A DNA stretch of 60,677 bases, filler included, from Sluysia triapertura (GCA_046118255.1; 5 parts of 5 records of this genome joined end to end with filler, not necessarily neighbours in it), one strand, 5' to 3'. Shown: positions 37,968 through 52,289, counted from the first letter of the whole stretch. The notes: generated by a model not told the origin, from the letters alone. Program-made: numbers and translations.

Positions 37968-38420
37968 AGGATTTTTCGACTATTTCGTAATTTTTACAAT
38001 CAATTTCATAATCTTTGCATTCTATTTCAGAAAAATTTAAATTAAACATTTATTCTTAATAAATTTATGCAAGTTTATATATTGCTTTATTTTTAATTAT
38101 TTCATGTCCGAATTCTACTTTTGTAAGTATCCTATCCTAACATCTTTCGATAGAAAGATCCTAAGTGATCAGAGGTAATTTCATCAAATTTCCACCAATT
38201 GAGCTTCACGTAAAATTACATCTTTTTGATAAGTTTTAAAAATGGAGATTATGGTAAATTTTATTGTCTAATTCGAGCACTATTCACCCTGTTTAGTTTA
38301 TGTTTATTTTCTTTGATTCATGACTACTTGAGAATAATTTTTAAAAAATTAGGTTTTTATTTTACTTAAATTGTATTATGAAATTCGTTACAAAAGTTAC
38401 GAAATAGGTGGAAAAATCCT
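37968..38420. mobile_element. MITE-like element with ~45-bp imperfect TIRs, in POLA2 intron
   Basis: AGGATTTTTCgacTATTTCGTAA...AATTTCATAAT at the left end pairs with ATTATGAAATT...TTACGAAATAggtgGAAAAATCCT at the right end. No clear TSD. Confidence 0.65.
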
Positions 38421-39948
38421 ATAAAATTAACCGCTTCTAATAATCCCACTAAAAGTCATTTGATAAAAGACAAATTAGTGTGCGAATAGTGTGAAAATTA
38501 AGAATTAGCTAATAAATATCTTCAATCTAATAATTGTGAGAAACACGTACAGCATAAGCATCCTGGATTTTCAACAATCATTGATAAAATGATTTTTGAG
38601 TACTACTAAAATTTTACTGATGCCCAAGGATGTAAATTATTTCATGAAAAATTTTAAAAAATGATCAATTTATTCAATTAATGTCAGTCAAGAGTTTTAA
38701 GAATCTCCACTTTCCGAAATCGAGGAATGAATTTCCCATGGAAATTTTAGAGTATAAACAAAACCTTAAATTGTGAACGTGATGTATGTATATATATATA
38801 CAAGTTTGATTGTAGGAAATTTTAGTATTCGAAAATTAATTTTGTAAACTAATCAACAAGTTTTTTAATCATATTCGATATTAATATGGATTATTTCAAA
38901 TCTATATAGAAAAAATATCACATGACTTAGTGTTTAATACGTCGATTAAAATAATATTTTAATCAATGAATGTTAATTTTACCCTTAGTATAAATACATT
39001 CTAAGTACTCATATAGAATTAAAAATCAAGAATCAGAATCATCAATAAACGAGCATGTAAGTAACTCTTACAAGTCAAATAATTTCAATAGGGAAATGAG
39101 AAATTAAAAATAAGGAAAAATAAATTTGTTTTCAATTTTAAAATGAATACAAAACACTTTATGGTTATATTCATTAAGAATCACTATTAATGTTTTGTAA
39201 CTGGCGGTCTCATTTATCAAGTTGATTTTTTAAACATATAAACATATTTAATGTATTTTACTTATTCAAGTAAATGTACGCAAAAAAACCACATTTCATT
39301 CCTAAAATCTGCATTGATAAACTATCCAAGGGCATCAATCCTAACTTCAAGACGTACTCACCAATCACGTAAATTTTTAACCACACAAAAATTATTTTTC
39401 AATATAAGGACCATTGTTTGTTGCATTTTTGAAGAAAATTTTGAACCGTTAGCCCAAGAAACTGATATTCTTCCTCAAATTATCAGTTGTAGTATTTGAG
39501 AAACATTCATCAGCATAAGTTTTCTGTAGTAACTTAAGGATTTGTTCACTTTTTTCTTTATCACACTTTAGCAATTAACAGGAGGCAGTATTACATAACT
39601 AAATTTGAAGAAAACACCAATATGTAATAATCAATAACATATGCATTCAAATATACTACCTAATACAAGCAACCTAATCTCTGGCCTAGACCGAGCACCT
39701 ATAAAATGCAAAACGTTAAATCTTTTAAGCATTATTAATTTTAATAGTACATCTATCATAGTGGCCTTTACTGAAAAAATCAAAGTTTTCTTTTTATAAA
39801 AAATAACAAGATTATTGATTTAAATATTAAATCAATTAAGTTCTCTGTAAGAATCGGTTAAGCCAATTCTGAATGATTTTTATCTTTATAAAAAACATAC
39901 AAGGCGGAAAGGAATCATTTTGATTATATATATATTTAAAATACTAAC

Positions 39949-40123
39949 CTCTTGAAAATGATTAATTTTTGATGGAATAATCAAACAATGAGGAGGTTGG
40001 TTAATGAAGCATTTTTCTTTCCACAATTCCCAATTTATTGATAACGAATGACTACATTTTAAGGGATAAAAACTGCGACTGAAAAGAATCTGGCGAAAGA
40101 ACCGATTCATTCGACCTTTACAA
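39949..40123 (-). CDS. POLA2: DNA polymerase alpha subunit B, penultimate exon
   Basis: ttttag|..CKGRMNRFFRQILFSRSFYPLKCSHSLSINWELWKEKCFINQPPHCLIIPSKINHFQE|gttagt matches POLA2 DRFSRILKHILTQRSYYPL...PDVLIIPSELRYF. Splice phases fit on both sides. Confidence 0.9.
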
Positions 40124-41185
40124 CTAAAACATACAAATTGTTCGTAAATTATTCAACAAGTATTATCGTAGAAAAAATGATTTTATGCCTATAAAGAGGG
40201 CCAGTAAAAAATAAGGTTACATTATCATGCAATTATTTATTTAATCAATCTATATCAATGTGATCTGAATCTATTTGGAGTAACTAGAAATTTTTAAAAC
40301 AATTCTCAAAGCAATATCATTCCAGTTTCCATACCTCAACTTTATGTTGAGCATTTATGTGTACATTTAAAACATCTATAATTCATTTGGTTTGACATCT
40401 AAATAGATCAATAAATACATCATTTTCACACTACCAAAATAAAAGCAAAATAAAATATTTTAATTGAAAATATAAATAATTTATTAATTTTAAAACGTTT
40501 GACGACAAAAGCATCTAATCATAGTTCAAAAATACAGCTATTACAATTATTATTTTTATTTAAATATATTAAATTTTAAATGACTTATAAACTTAAACCA
40601 AACAGTTCTTTTTGAATATGGAATTACAAATAGGATTATGAAATGAGTGAATATCAATTTAAATAATAAATGTAAAGCTATTATTTAATTAAATTTGTAT
40701 GATTTACTTTATTTAAATTTCAGATGATTTGTTAATAATAAACCTAAAAAATTTAACAGATTAATTCATAACATAAAAAGGTAATCCTTGTTAAAATCTA
40801 ATTTTGTTAGTTAGGTTGCTTGATTACTTTATCCCAGATGCACATATTATAATCAATAATAACGATGGAATTGTGTAATCCATCCCATGATACAACATGA
40901 CAGAAATTTGAAGATAAAATAAATAAAACATAAATTGTGTCAAGAAATCTAAGAAAAGCTTGAAATCTGAAAATAGGAAAAATACTTTAAAATACATGAA
41001 AATAAAAAACGAAATTAAGAATGAAGAAATAAGCTACTTACTTCACTTTTTTAAACAGAATGAAAAGCTACATTTGGAAAATAAGGAAAAATACAAAAAT
41101 GCGTAATGTTGGTAAAATACAAGTAAAGAACAAACAATACAAACTGACAAGGATAATATATATGAATTATGTAAATGAATATATA

Positions 41186-41375
41186 CCTATTATCTATGAT
41201 AGTGCGAAATTACATACTTCAAAAGTCCATATATTGCTCCATTAGATTACCATCTGTTTCACTCGAAGTAACACCCTACACAAAAACACTAGCAAAATAT
41301 TTCGGCTCTAAATCGAAAGATTTTTTACAGTAATGGAATAAAAGTTGTCATCAAAAATTGGAGGTTAAAAATTTG
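41186..41375 (+). mobile_element. mariner transposase C-terminal relic, in POLA2 intron
   Basis: IIYDSAKLHTSK (cf. LLHDNARPHT), SPYIAPLDYHLFHS (cf. YSPDLAPSDYHLF) and KYFGSKSKDF/FYSNGIK (cf. FFASK...F...GI), with deletions and frameshifts. Confidence 0.8.
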
Positions 41376-41756
41376 AAGAAAATGATTTATAAGATAATGA
41401 TTCGTCATTATTTTATAACTTCATAAATTTTTGTCAAATTTAAAAAGAAATTCAATTCAAGGAAAGATAATATCACACACAATTCTTGCATACAGTTGAA
41501 TTCAAATTATTTTATCAAGAAAGTTTCTTTTAAATTTGTACGAAAATTTTGAGCACTCTACAATTTGCAATAAATCGTCATAAGTAAACTTCAAATCCTA
41601 ATAAGAACGTCCTCGTTCAGATTTAACTCGTATCTAATTAGGTGAACCTCCAGAATATTTTTGCAAGTATAAGTTAAGCATTTATAAGTTAAAACACTTA
41701 CAATATTAAATTTTATAAATTAATTTATTTTAATTAAATATTTTCAATAAACAAAC

Positions 41757-41881
41757 TTTTTATATAACTCAGCAACTGAAAGTTCTGAAAGTACATCTTC
41801 TGAACATATCCCAAATGAATAGTTCTGTAATTTAATAATATCCGGGTTTCTACACTGATGCACATAATTACAATCTCCGTC
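41757..41881 (-). CDS. POLA2: DNA polymerase alpha subunit B, internal exon
   Basis: aag|DGDCNYVHQCRNPDIIKLQNYSFGICSEDVLSELSVAELYK|gtttgt resembles POLA2 VQFVSEPCSLSINGVIFGLTSTDLLFHLGAEEI. Its phase-2 end matches the next exon. Confidence 0.75.
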
Positions 41882-42017
41882 CTTAAATATTTAATATAAA
41901 CAATTTGTCAACATATTGAATTAAATTAAACATAGTCTTGTTTAAAAAATCTCCGTTTCGTATTGAATATAAAAATAAAGTAGTTACCCGTAAACTTTAT
42001 TCAGTGTACACCTATAC

Positions 42018-42273
42018 TTCATTTTCACGGTTCAAAACGGAAGTTTGTTCAATATTTAATTTAAATTTTTTTTGAGGAATAGGTGTAATAAAAAACATGA
42101 AAATTAATAGAAATAAGTTTAATAAGAATCTCAAATATAAAAGACATTGAAAATGAATAGGTTCGAATGAAAACGATTGTGCAGTAGCAATAATAACTAT
42201 TAATTGAGATATTCTCAGTGAAGTTAGAAGAGTGGTGAGGAACCTTTTCATGACAGAAAAATAGTTTTTTTCG
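42018..42273 (-). CDS. POLA2: Candidate further POLA2 exon(s)
   Basis: catag|..EKNYFSVMKRFLTTLLTSLRISQLIVII...PIPQKKF...RENE|gtatag loosely resembles FEDIFKQCLRTIIEGTRSSGSHLVFVPS...PVYPQPPF, with a phase-0 donor. The T-rich middle may be an intron. Confidence 0.4.
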
Positions 42274-44765
42274 CTATGTTACAACCAGGCCGCTACTATT
42301 CAGTCAAATACGTTACATGTTGATAATATCATGCTATAAATTTTGTAGATGTATGAATATGATATTATGATTTATTTAATCATTGAGATTTTAGAACGAT
42401 ATTTAATAAAAGCTGAACAAAAATTAAACAATGTAGATGTAAAAATGAAATAATCAAATAGGCCGCATTTAAAAATAAAAATGGCATAAAAGCCTCTTAT
42501 TTCCGAACACTCTAATTATACATAACGAAAAATATTAATTTATTATATGATGAACAGAGTTCATGATTTGACAGTTTGTAAAGATGAATTCACTAAATAT
42601 TGAATTACTATTCTTCACGTTAATAGTTCGTCTTTATTAAATACTTATTGAAAAGCGTTTTTGTTCCTTCTTGTTTGAAATTACAGTGAATAAAATTAAC
42701 TATACATACTACTTCATTCTGGTAGTTCATTTTGATCAAGAATGTATGATATAAATCAATACTTTATAACGAATATTATGAAAAAAATATTCGAATATGC
42801 GAATACTGAAGAACTCAATTCTTTAAGCATTCTAAAAAACCACCAAATGAAAAAGCAATATAAATTTACATAGTAATGTCAAAAGGTTGTGAACTGATTC
42901 ACTTTCAATTATTATTTAAGGTTTGTTTAAATTTTTATAAATCACCATGCAACATTTTAAAAGAAAATATTTTTAGACATTACATCTTACAAATCAAACA
43001 TAGTCCTGCGCATAATATCTTAAAATATTTTGTCATAAGAAAGTTTTGTCATTTTATTTAATTTCAGTTGCATAAAGAATTCCGTAATTTTTTATTTGAA
43101 ATATTTTGAAAGACAGCAGAAACTCATGCTAGTCACAAAAATGTTTTTGTGACAGAGTTGAATTTTATTAATATTAACAAAAATAATTTATTAAATTATA
43201 AACAAGCTGTTGAATCTTATTAATGTAAATCATCTCATTATTTTATTGTAAATAAGCTGTGAAAATAATTTATTATATAATTTGATGAGAAAATAATTCG
43301 AATAAATAATTAAGCTGTTAGTCACTCAGAATAGATCCAACTCGTAATTCTTAAACCATAACTGATAAAATAAATAAAAAATTGTTATTTTAAATTACAT
43401 TAACTGTGATAGGGCATATATTGAGACAAATTTCGAACAATTTGCGATACGTTCTATTAGATTGAAGTCAACTATCACTATTTTGGAATCCGCATCATTC
43501 GATGATAATAAGAGACACAAACTTTATTATCACCAATCCGTAAGTTTCTTGTGTATCAGTTTTCCCCTTATTTAAGTAAGGTTTAACATTCTACTTAAAC
43601 TATTTGCAATTTTTAGCTGGCTTATATTTCATTGCTAAAGTTATATGTATCATATATATTTTTTCTTTTGTCAAAGAATGAATATTCTTCTTTATTGGCG
43701 TTCTTATGATTGTATTTTATTTTGTATAGATCATTTTTATATTATTGTACTTTGTCTTGTATAAATTTGTAAATATAATTGAACTTTACAATATATACAA
43801 CACTGTATGGAATATTGATTATTATTGATTTTTGTAATTTTATACTGCATTATTTTCAAATTTACAATTTTTGGACTTTTAATTATTTGAATTATTTGTA
43901 GTAATATTATAAAAAACTAACGTAAGCGATTTTTAAATTATTAATTAAATATAATATTTCTAAAATTTCAACGAATAAAATTAAATAATGTTTTAATCTG
44001 GCCAAGGCCAGCTACATCGACTATAAATAGCCGCAAGATTTTTAAACGAGACTCAAGCAGTAGCATAAGTTTGAAAAAACATAATTTTATAAATCAATTC
44101 TTTACAATTAATTTTCGGCAAAGAGACAGGAACAATTAATATTGATCAAATAATTCCTGATTAATTCGGTTACTAAAAGTTTCAGTTCAATAATACGTTA
44201 GTTTATTATATTAAGTTACGGATATACAACATATATACCCGTAAAACTAAAAATCATTTCTGTAATTGTTTCTAAAAAGATCTTATAATAGATCTTCCGT
44301 AAAATCATCATTAAAATTTCATTAATTTAGGAATTAAAACTAATTCCTCGTAATATATTTATTTTTATTCTATTTGTCACTTTGTATTAACTACCCATTG
44401 TATAATAAAAATTTTTAGAATTTATTATTTCATTGTTAAATTTTATAGTTTCAATTATAAAATACCCAGAGGAATAAAGTTTTCAACTACTAGAATTTAA
44501 TTCTAATAACGTAAAATCATTTTTTAGATCATTTTCATAGGATCTTCGTAAAACACTTTACAAATTATTTCTACAGTTAAATAATTGCCTTAATTAAATA
44601 CTAGAGATAACTTATAATGATTTTCATTTATACCTCCAGAACTTAGCCTAAATTATTGAATTTGAAATTAGTAGTAAAGTTGTTAAGCTAAGAATATCCT
44701 AGTAAAACCGCACACGGTTAAGAAAGTCATTCTAAACTTTACTACAAAATATTTTACCTACAAAT

Positions 44766-44812
44766 CCAACGGCTAGCCCTAACCGGTAAGCCTAGTACGT
44801 TGGTGGAATCAC
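44766..44812 (-). repeat. Dispersed palindromic motif, copy 2
   Basis: ccaacggctagccctaaccggtaagcctagtacgttggtggaatcac; reverse complement of 3444-3490. Confidence 0.8.
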
Positions 44813-45245
44813 GGTAAAATCCTACTTTATTCTAAGAATCGTCATAGAATAAACTGGTGCCCAGAATGAGGACCAGTATTGGAAACAATATAAATAAACA
44901 AGAAGAATTTAAGGAATATTATTATTATAATATAATAATATATATTATTATATATATCAATATATAATATTATATATTGACATAATATAAAATTAAAGAA
45001 GAATTTGAGAATCAGTATTAAGATTTAAGCATTTAAGAAGATTTAGAATAATTATATTACGATTTCATTAAGAATAAGGTAAATTCAAGCAAAATTATTA
45101 TTCCGTAAGTTGATTATTAGCATATTAGGTAAGTTTTAAGAAAAATAGATAAACAAATTGTACTATACGACGATTACAGATCAAAATTAAGAAATATTAT
45201 TCTAATATTATTTGAATAAAATTGTCTCGAAACTAAAATACACGT

Positions 45246-46460
45246 TTGTTTTCATATTTACTGTCATTTATACTAAGTATTGTAAAATGTTTAGAGTCAA
45301 TGAAATTGAGTAAAGAAACATTAAACAAATTTAATAATTCTGATGAAGTATGTGAAGAACTACAAAAACCATTAAAAATGTTTAATAAAGCTAAAAGTCG
45401 AAACAACTTCTTCAATAAAAATGATGTTACAAAATCGATCAGTTACTGAAGTGAAAGAAAAGATCAGAAAGGTAGATGCAGCTTATGATGGAAAGTTAAT
45501 AATTGAATTTGTGTTATAGCCAGTAAAGAATGTTTTCAATTACTATATGTTACACCAAAAATTTCATATAAAATAATTGGTACAAAGAATTAAGGCAACA
45601 TCGTTCGCATATGTCTCATTATGTTATAGTCAAAAGATATGTTCCTGAATATGTTTTACCTTTCCAAAAACAATATAGCTCCGACCTAATTCTTTTCAAG
45701 ATAAAATTTCATGAATGTAATTCTAAGTGTTGTTTCATTACAAATATATTATCAAAATTATGAAGATATCAATTTCAACACAATATTTAATGATTATACG
45801 TATAGTCAGAGCTTTTCAAAGATAAAATCTAGCAATGATAATGAAATACAACGTTTTTATCTAGAGACTAATAAAATCGACATATTTGAATTTATTATTA
45901 CTTATGTTTCTAAAAGACTTCATTTTAAGTGGTCATCTGTTATGCTTGAAGAAAATTTATTCGCAAAATACATACGTTTTTAAAGGATATGCTTAAAGAT
46001 ATAAATCCAAATACCGATTTAATGCCACAACTGTGTTAACCTACCATTAAAGGTATTATGGTAAATCTAATACTGTCAATTCAAGTAGTACCGTTCTCAT
46101 GCAGCAACGTATAGCACAATGTCCATTCCAAACAGACAAATTTTGAAAATGTATCAAGTTTGGCACATCTTGCCGTTATTGTCACGATGTCTTCGAGATA
46201 AGCTACAATGATGAAGATACAAATGAACATATGCAACGATTAAGCAGTTTACTAATATCTTTGGAATTCATTCCTTTTGATACCAAACAACAAACTAACA
46301 AATTCAATTTCAGAACAAGAATAGAGACTATTACGGTGTTGATAAATTAAAACTGCAAGTAATTATAAAGATTTGATCCTTATTATTTCTTATCATTAAG
46401 AAGTCCACAAAGAAATCAAGATGTACCGTATCGAAATATAGATGGAATAAGCCCTAATCT
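45246..46460 (+). pseudogene. Decayed intronless ORF with CCCH zinc finger
   Basis: Chain of frameshifted ORFs (45246-45449, 45711-45983, 46099-46350). RIAQCPFQTDKF*KCIKFGTSCRYCHDVFEI has the same C-x9-C-x6-C-x3-H spacing and CPF start as the finger at 32258. Confidence 0.55.
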
Positions 46461-48099
46461 AAAATTTTTAACATTTTTTATGTAACAATTCTGTTTTATG
46501 TATTTAGAAATAAAATTTCGTGTTTCTATCTTATTAAGTTTGTAAATAAAAAAGTTAATTATAAAAATATCTTTAAATTAATTTCAATAAACTTATAACG
46601 AAAATTTATTTTCTTAATCTTAATCAAATACTTAACAAAATAATACTTATAAAACTACCTACACCAAAGTAAGTAATAATACATATTATATTTATTATTT
46701 TTACAAGAGGTTCTTTGTATTCGTTGTTACAAAATTAATTTTTTAATTCAATTTGAATTTTAAAACATTAAATTAAAATATTTTAACGCATCTTCTTTTT
46801 ATAAAATTCAGCTTGGAAATTACTTCAATCGAACAGAGCTCTAGAAAAACTAAGTATTAATAAAAGGAACAATCAAGAAATTATTGAGGTTTCAAGCAAA
46901 TCTGTTTAGACTGCTTAGGTTATCGAAAACAGTTGTAAAACAGATTTATGTATAGACAATAGTAGAAGTAATTTTAAATTCCACATTCAAATGTATTTAA
47001 GCGCATATTCAGTAAAAGTCCTTAATAATGTACTTTCACAAACAAAATATGAATCTTTAATTATAATGCACATTTTGAGTCGAACATAATTTAAAACATA
47101 ATGCAAGAAAATTATGCAAGTATAACAATTAAGAAATATTTTTAAAGTTCATCCATACTTGGAAAATAATTAAACTACATCTTCAGTAGTGAATATTATA
47201 GTTATTTGACAATTGCGATATTAATGGTAAGTATTATTAAATTAGAGAATGTAAACTGAAAAAATTCAATAACGTGAAAAATTAAGTTAGCAGAAATTTT
47301 TCATACTTATCTTTATGTTTTCTAGATGTCTAACCTTGCAAGTATTTGTTACATGGTCGTACAAATTCTGACACAGAAGAACTAATTTACCTTATAAAAG
47401 AAATACAACAGCTACTGATTATTTAACCGCAATTTGAAAGTTGTCTCGGAAAAAACCGAAGCATATTTTCAATATTGACCAGAACTATAAAATTATTCCT
47501 TAACAATAATGAATAAGTATTGTATTATTATGCTTCAACTATTCTACAAACTTATACTGAAAACCTGTTCCATAACTGTTTTGAAAAAAGCATCCGAAAT
47601 GTGCTATATACTTGTTACATTTAAATAGCTTTTTACTGTATTTTTCGTTTATTAAGTTTAACTTTACCCCTTTGAAGTCCACTATTTTATTAGAGTGATA
47701 GTGGCCAGGTCCCGAGTGTAAATATTTAAATTATGTAGTTATGTAAAACTGTAAATATTTGAAAACTGTTAATAACTGAATCATTTAAAATTTTAAAAAA
47801 TATTTTAATAATTCGAATATTGTTATTTAAAAGAAATTGTAAACTAAGAATATAAACTAATTAATTTATTTGATTTTGTAATTTGAAACTTAAATTTTAG
47901 AATATTTAAATTATTCAGTGACTTTGAACTTTAAAACATCAATTATTTCGGAAATAAAAAACTAAATATTTATCAAAATTTTTTAATTATTCTGAAATTT
48001 GTACCTTAAATATTTACATAATATCGAAATTTTTGAATAATTATAAATCATTTATATTATCGTCAATTTGCATTTAAATAGACGCGACTTCTTCATAAG

Positions 48100-48191
48100 T
48101 AGGGTTTCCAACCATCCCGGTTTTAAGAACTTGTCCCGGCCGGTTGTTAAAAATGTCCCGGTTTTTCCATGTTCTTCAACTGATTCAAAAT
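48100..48191 (+). mobile_element. hAT-like (Blackjack-type) terminus, cut by contig end
   Basis: TAGGGTTTCCAACCATCCCGG followed by repeated TGTCCCGG subterminal motifs, like TAGGGTGACCA...GTCCCG ends. Confidence 0.6.
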
Positions 48192-48291
48192 NNNNNNNNN
48201 NNNNNNNNNNNNNNNNNNNNNNNNNNNNNNNNNNNTTAATTAATTAANNNNNNNNNNNNNNNNNNNNNNNNNNNNNNNNNNNNNNNNNNNN
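48192..48291. other. Artificial contig spacer
   Basis: N-TTAATTAATTAA-N, 100 bp. Confidence 0.99.
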
Positions 48292-49498
48292 AATAATATA
48301 AATTGAAATGAATTAATAATAAAAATAATAATACGAAAATCAACCAAAAATACATAAACCCTTTATTTATTTTATTAATAACACAATCTTTTCTAAAAAA
48401 ACAAAAATATTTCTAAACATAATCTAAATAACATTCTTTTACAATCCTGTAGAAAGTTTTAACTAATGAAATTTCTTTAGTTTAAATAAATAATTGAAAT
48501 TATGTAAATGATGTTCTTTTCATTTTTGGAAGATATATTCTGATTTTATTCTTTAAAAGAATTTATGGAGGATTGTTTAAAGATAATCATACATACTAAA
48601 GATGTTGAAGAGATGTCATTTGGATTGTAATATCTAAAATAATTTAAAAGTTAGTTTAATGTTTTGCGATGATATTAGAGACTGAATGTTAAAAGATTGA
48701 AAGGTTGAAATGTTTTGGATTGAATTTGAGGTGTGTTCGATGACTTAAGGTGTAATTTTATGTTATTAAATAATGTCTAAAAGTGTTTCTAATGAATTTT
48801 TAAATGTACGTTGTAAATCTGAAAAAGAATATAATTTTAATGATACAAAGTTATGAATTAAAAATGTTTTGAGAAGAATAAAGTATGCAATATTTTGAAT
48901 TAATTTTTGTACATCTTTGATGATTTTCGTTATTGAATGTGAATTTGATGTTATGAAATTTATGTCTAGAATGTTTGGAGTTATTATGAGTTATAAAAGT
49001 TGTGAAATATTGGAATAAAATTTCGAACAAACACCAACACAAATCGATACATCTTAGATAAACGATATTAAACAAACTACTTAATACACATAAAACGTAA
49101 GCACAGTCATAATTTCGTAATCATTCAAATTATATTATTACGAAACTATTATGTATTATGGTTGTTGCAATTGTTTTCATTTATTGTCCATTTTCTCGTC
49201 TTTATGTATGTTTGTATTTTATTCGCTAATTTTCGTTATTTTATTGTTGAATATAAAATTCTTCGTGATTTGTTTTCTTTTATTCAGATTAATTTTTGTT
49301 AAAGACATTAAGCCTAAACTTGGCATAATTTGTAAATCACTTCAGTGTATTTTTAATGTGATTTTGATCATAATTAAGTGATACATAAGCACTAGTTCTT
49401 CCTGAAATTGGTGTATCATTTTAAGCGTAATTCATTTAAATAATTTTATAAATAATATTAAATGAATAAATTGTTTTATATTGTTTGAAATTGTTTTT

Positions 49499-50218
49499 TC
49501 ATTCTTTCATGAGCACGTGATAATATGATCTCATTTTGAAACTGTAGTTATAAAAAAAAATTTGAAAATCCATAACAGAAAGTGGCACTGACCCAAGATT
49601 AAGTGCATTCATAAAGCAGATAAGCAAGATAATAAAATCATTAATATTCATAACACAATATAAGCATAATTTTGTATCATCATTTGTGCCCTGATGCATC
49701 CAACCGAAAACTATTAAGTTATTTATGCGTAAGGCATAAGAAATACATGAATAATAATATTTTGTTTTTTTAAACCTGACAAAAAAATTGTTGCCGCCAA
49801 CGTTTATATTCATAAAAAACCGAAAATGACAGTTGTAAGAAAAACACCACAACCTCTATTTGTACTGTCATTATGTGTAAATGAAATGCCAGAAATATTT
49901 ACGAAGTCGTCTCCAAACAAATCTAATTTAACCTTCTTTCTTAAAGGTATTAATAAATGATTATTTTTAAACGCAATATCGCTATCACGACCTGATTCTG
50001 AATAAATTTTTGAAATACAATACAGAAAATCCAAATAACAAAATAAATTTAGTGTTATGCAAAATTCTGAACTTGATATTACCATGTAAATTATATTTCA
50101 ATCTCCCTATTTGAGAAATGCATTCTAAGCTTAACTGATTATCTCGTTTATGTAATTGAATATCTGTCGATAAAATGCTGGTAAATGATAACCGTGGTTT
50201 CATTTGCTGTTTTGACAT
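49499..50218 (-). pseudogene. Frameshifted intronless orphan ORF
   Basis: Three overlapping ORFs (49985-50218, 49810-50085, 49499-49852) tile 720 bp, as expected of one frameshifted gene. No family recognised. Confidence 0.45.
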
Positions 50219-52067
50219 GATTCTTTTAGAGAAATACTAAATAATGGACGAATTATAGGTTGTTTTAGATATGTATTAATGAAAGATTTGCCTTAAGCAA
50301 TTTTGAACAGTATAATGAAATAGAAATAAAAATAACAATTGTGATAAAATGTGAGGAACAAAAAAATATATGCATGAAGATAAACATACAATGCTAAAAA
50401 GAACAAAACAAGCATTGTAGAAATTATAATAGTAATTATAATAACAACCGTAAAATTATAACAATTATGAATTATTATGGCAAGAGTTACTATTATTATT
50501 ATAAAATTATAGTATTGTAAATTATTATGACTGTGTTTACGTTTTGTGTATTGAGCACTTTGTTTAATAATTTGTTAATGTAAGCTGTATCAATTGGTGT
50601 TTCTTCGTGATTGTCATGAGTTGATTTGGAGTTCACTACACTCTTCACTACTTTTTAAATCAGTATGTTCGGTGGAAGTATAATGGTATTTATTTAATTG
50701 AGACTTTTTGAGATAAAATTTATCGAAAATTTTTAGATTATTGTAAAAGAAAAATAATTTATCATTATTAATTACATTTGCACGATCTTTAAAATATAAG
50801 TTGTAAGATTTGAAATCAAAATAATTCTTATTTAAAATAAAAGTCAGGATAACATACAAGACATTTATTAATATGAAATTTAAGGGCAAGAATAAATAAG
50901 TTTAGTGTCATCTCTGAATATATTGAGGATAAAACCTTAAAACACTGATAAAAATCAACTAAGAACAAATAGTAAATAAAATCAAAACTTCGTATTTGAA
51001 TTAAGTCCGATGAATGTTCGTTTACAGGTAACAACTTTCGAAGTATCGTGATGCTCGTCAAAGAGTTCAACCGAATCTGGTAGGGGAACAAGTACTCAGT
51101 CGTATTGGTTCTGACGATTTGAGATAACGAATTGATAAAATATATTGAATGCCGTTTTTGGGTTTTACTATTGATGTTGTTATAAAGGAATGGTGTTTGA
51201 GGAATTATTGAAAATTAAGAGATATGATGGCAATATAAATTGTGAGATTATTCTTACTAAAACTCTTCCTGAGATACATGAGATTTATAGAGAAATAAAT
51301 TGTAATATTGATTAAAATAACATTCTTATTAAAACTTTTACTAACATAAATTTGTCTTAATATTAAACAAGTAAAATTTACAGAAAATTTCATTATTAGG
51401 GTATTATAGATTATAACAATAATTTTCTTAATCAAATTCTTTATATTTATAATAAATTCTTTAACATGAAAGCTTTAAATTATTACGACAGGAAGACTTA
51501 TCTATTATCAATTTTATATAACAAGTACAATATTCTTTTTGTCAGAATGTAATTATTAGAATATAAAATTTGTAATTTTAGAATGTTTTTAGAACATAAA
51601 TTAATTATAAATATTATTATATTTAGTAAAATTAAATAAAAGTAAAAAATTATTTAAAAAATTCAAAATCAAAAAATTTATTAAAGAAAATTAAAGTAAA
51701 AATTATTTAAAATTAAAACTTTTAATAAAAAATATATTTTATTTAAAAATCAAAATTTTTAATAAAACTTAAAATTTTAATTTATTGTTTAAAGTAAGTG
51801 AATTATTTAAAATAACTCCTTTATATAGAGAAATTATTTAATTGGAAGACATATTTAAGAAAAAGAATATAAATAGGTAAGGGTTTTAAAAATTTTTAGA
51901 ACAGAAGAAAAAATAAAATTTAGATTTTGAGTAGAAGATCTTTGAAGATTTCGAATTATATTAATTTTTGGATTCCATGCATTACAAGTAATTTATTTTT
52001 ATATAAGGTTCTTGTTTCACTTTAAATAGGAAACATAAATTTGACTCAAAATCATTTTTTACTTAAC

Positions 52068-52289
52068 GCAACACCTTAATACGGGTTGCGAAATTTCATT
52101 TTAAATTATAAGAAAATTCAACCGATGTTGAGGTTTAATTGTAAAGTACTTATAAATATTATAATTATAGTTACTGTTAATTTTTTAAGTTATAAGTTAA
52201 TAAACTTTAAGTATTAATTGCCTTCTTAATTAAAAGATAACATCCCTTAAAATATTGTTTTCTAAAGCAACACCTTAATACGGGTTGCG
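52068..52289. repeat. Exact 23-bp hairpin motif duplicated 199 bp apart
   Basis: GCAACACCTTAATACGGGTTGCG at 52068-52090 and 52267-52289; stem (C)GCAAC/GTTGC(G). Confidence 0.9.

Noticed and set aside
39400-39580. Minus-strand EQILKLLQKTYADECFS, resembling a mariner N-terminal HTH
   Set aside because: Too short, the following W..RF motif is missing and no TIR was seen; left uncalled.
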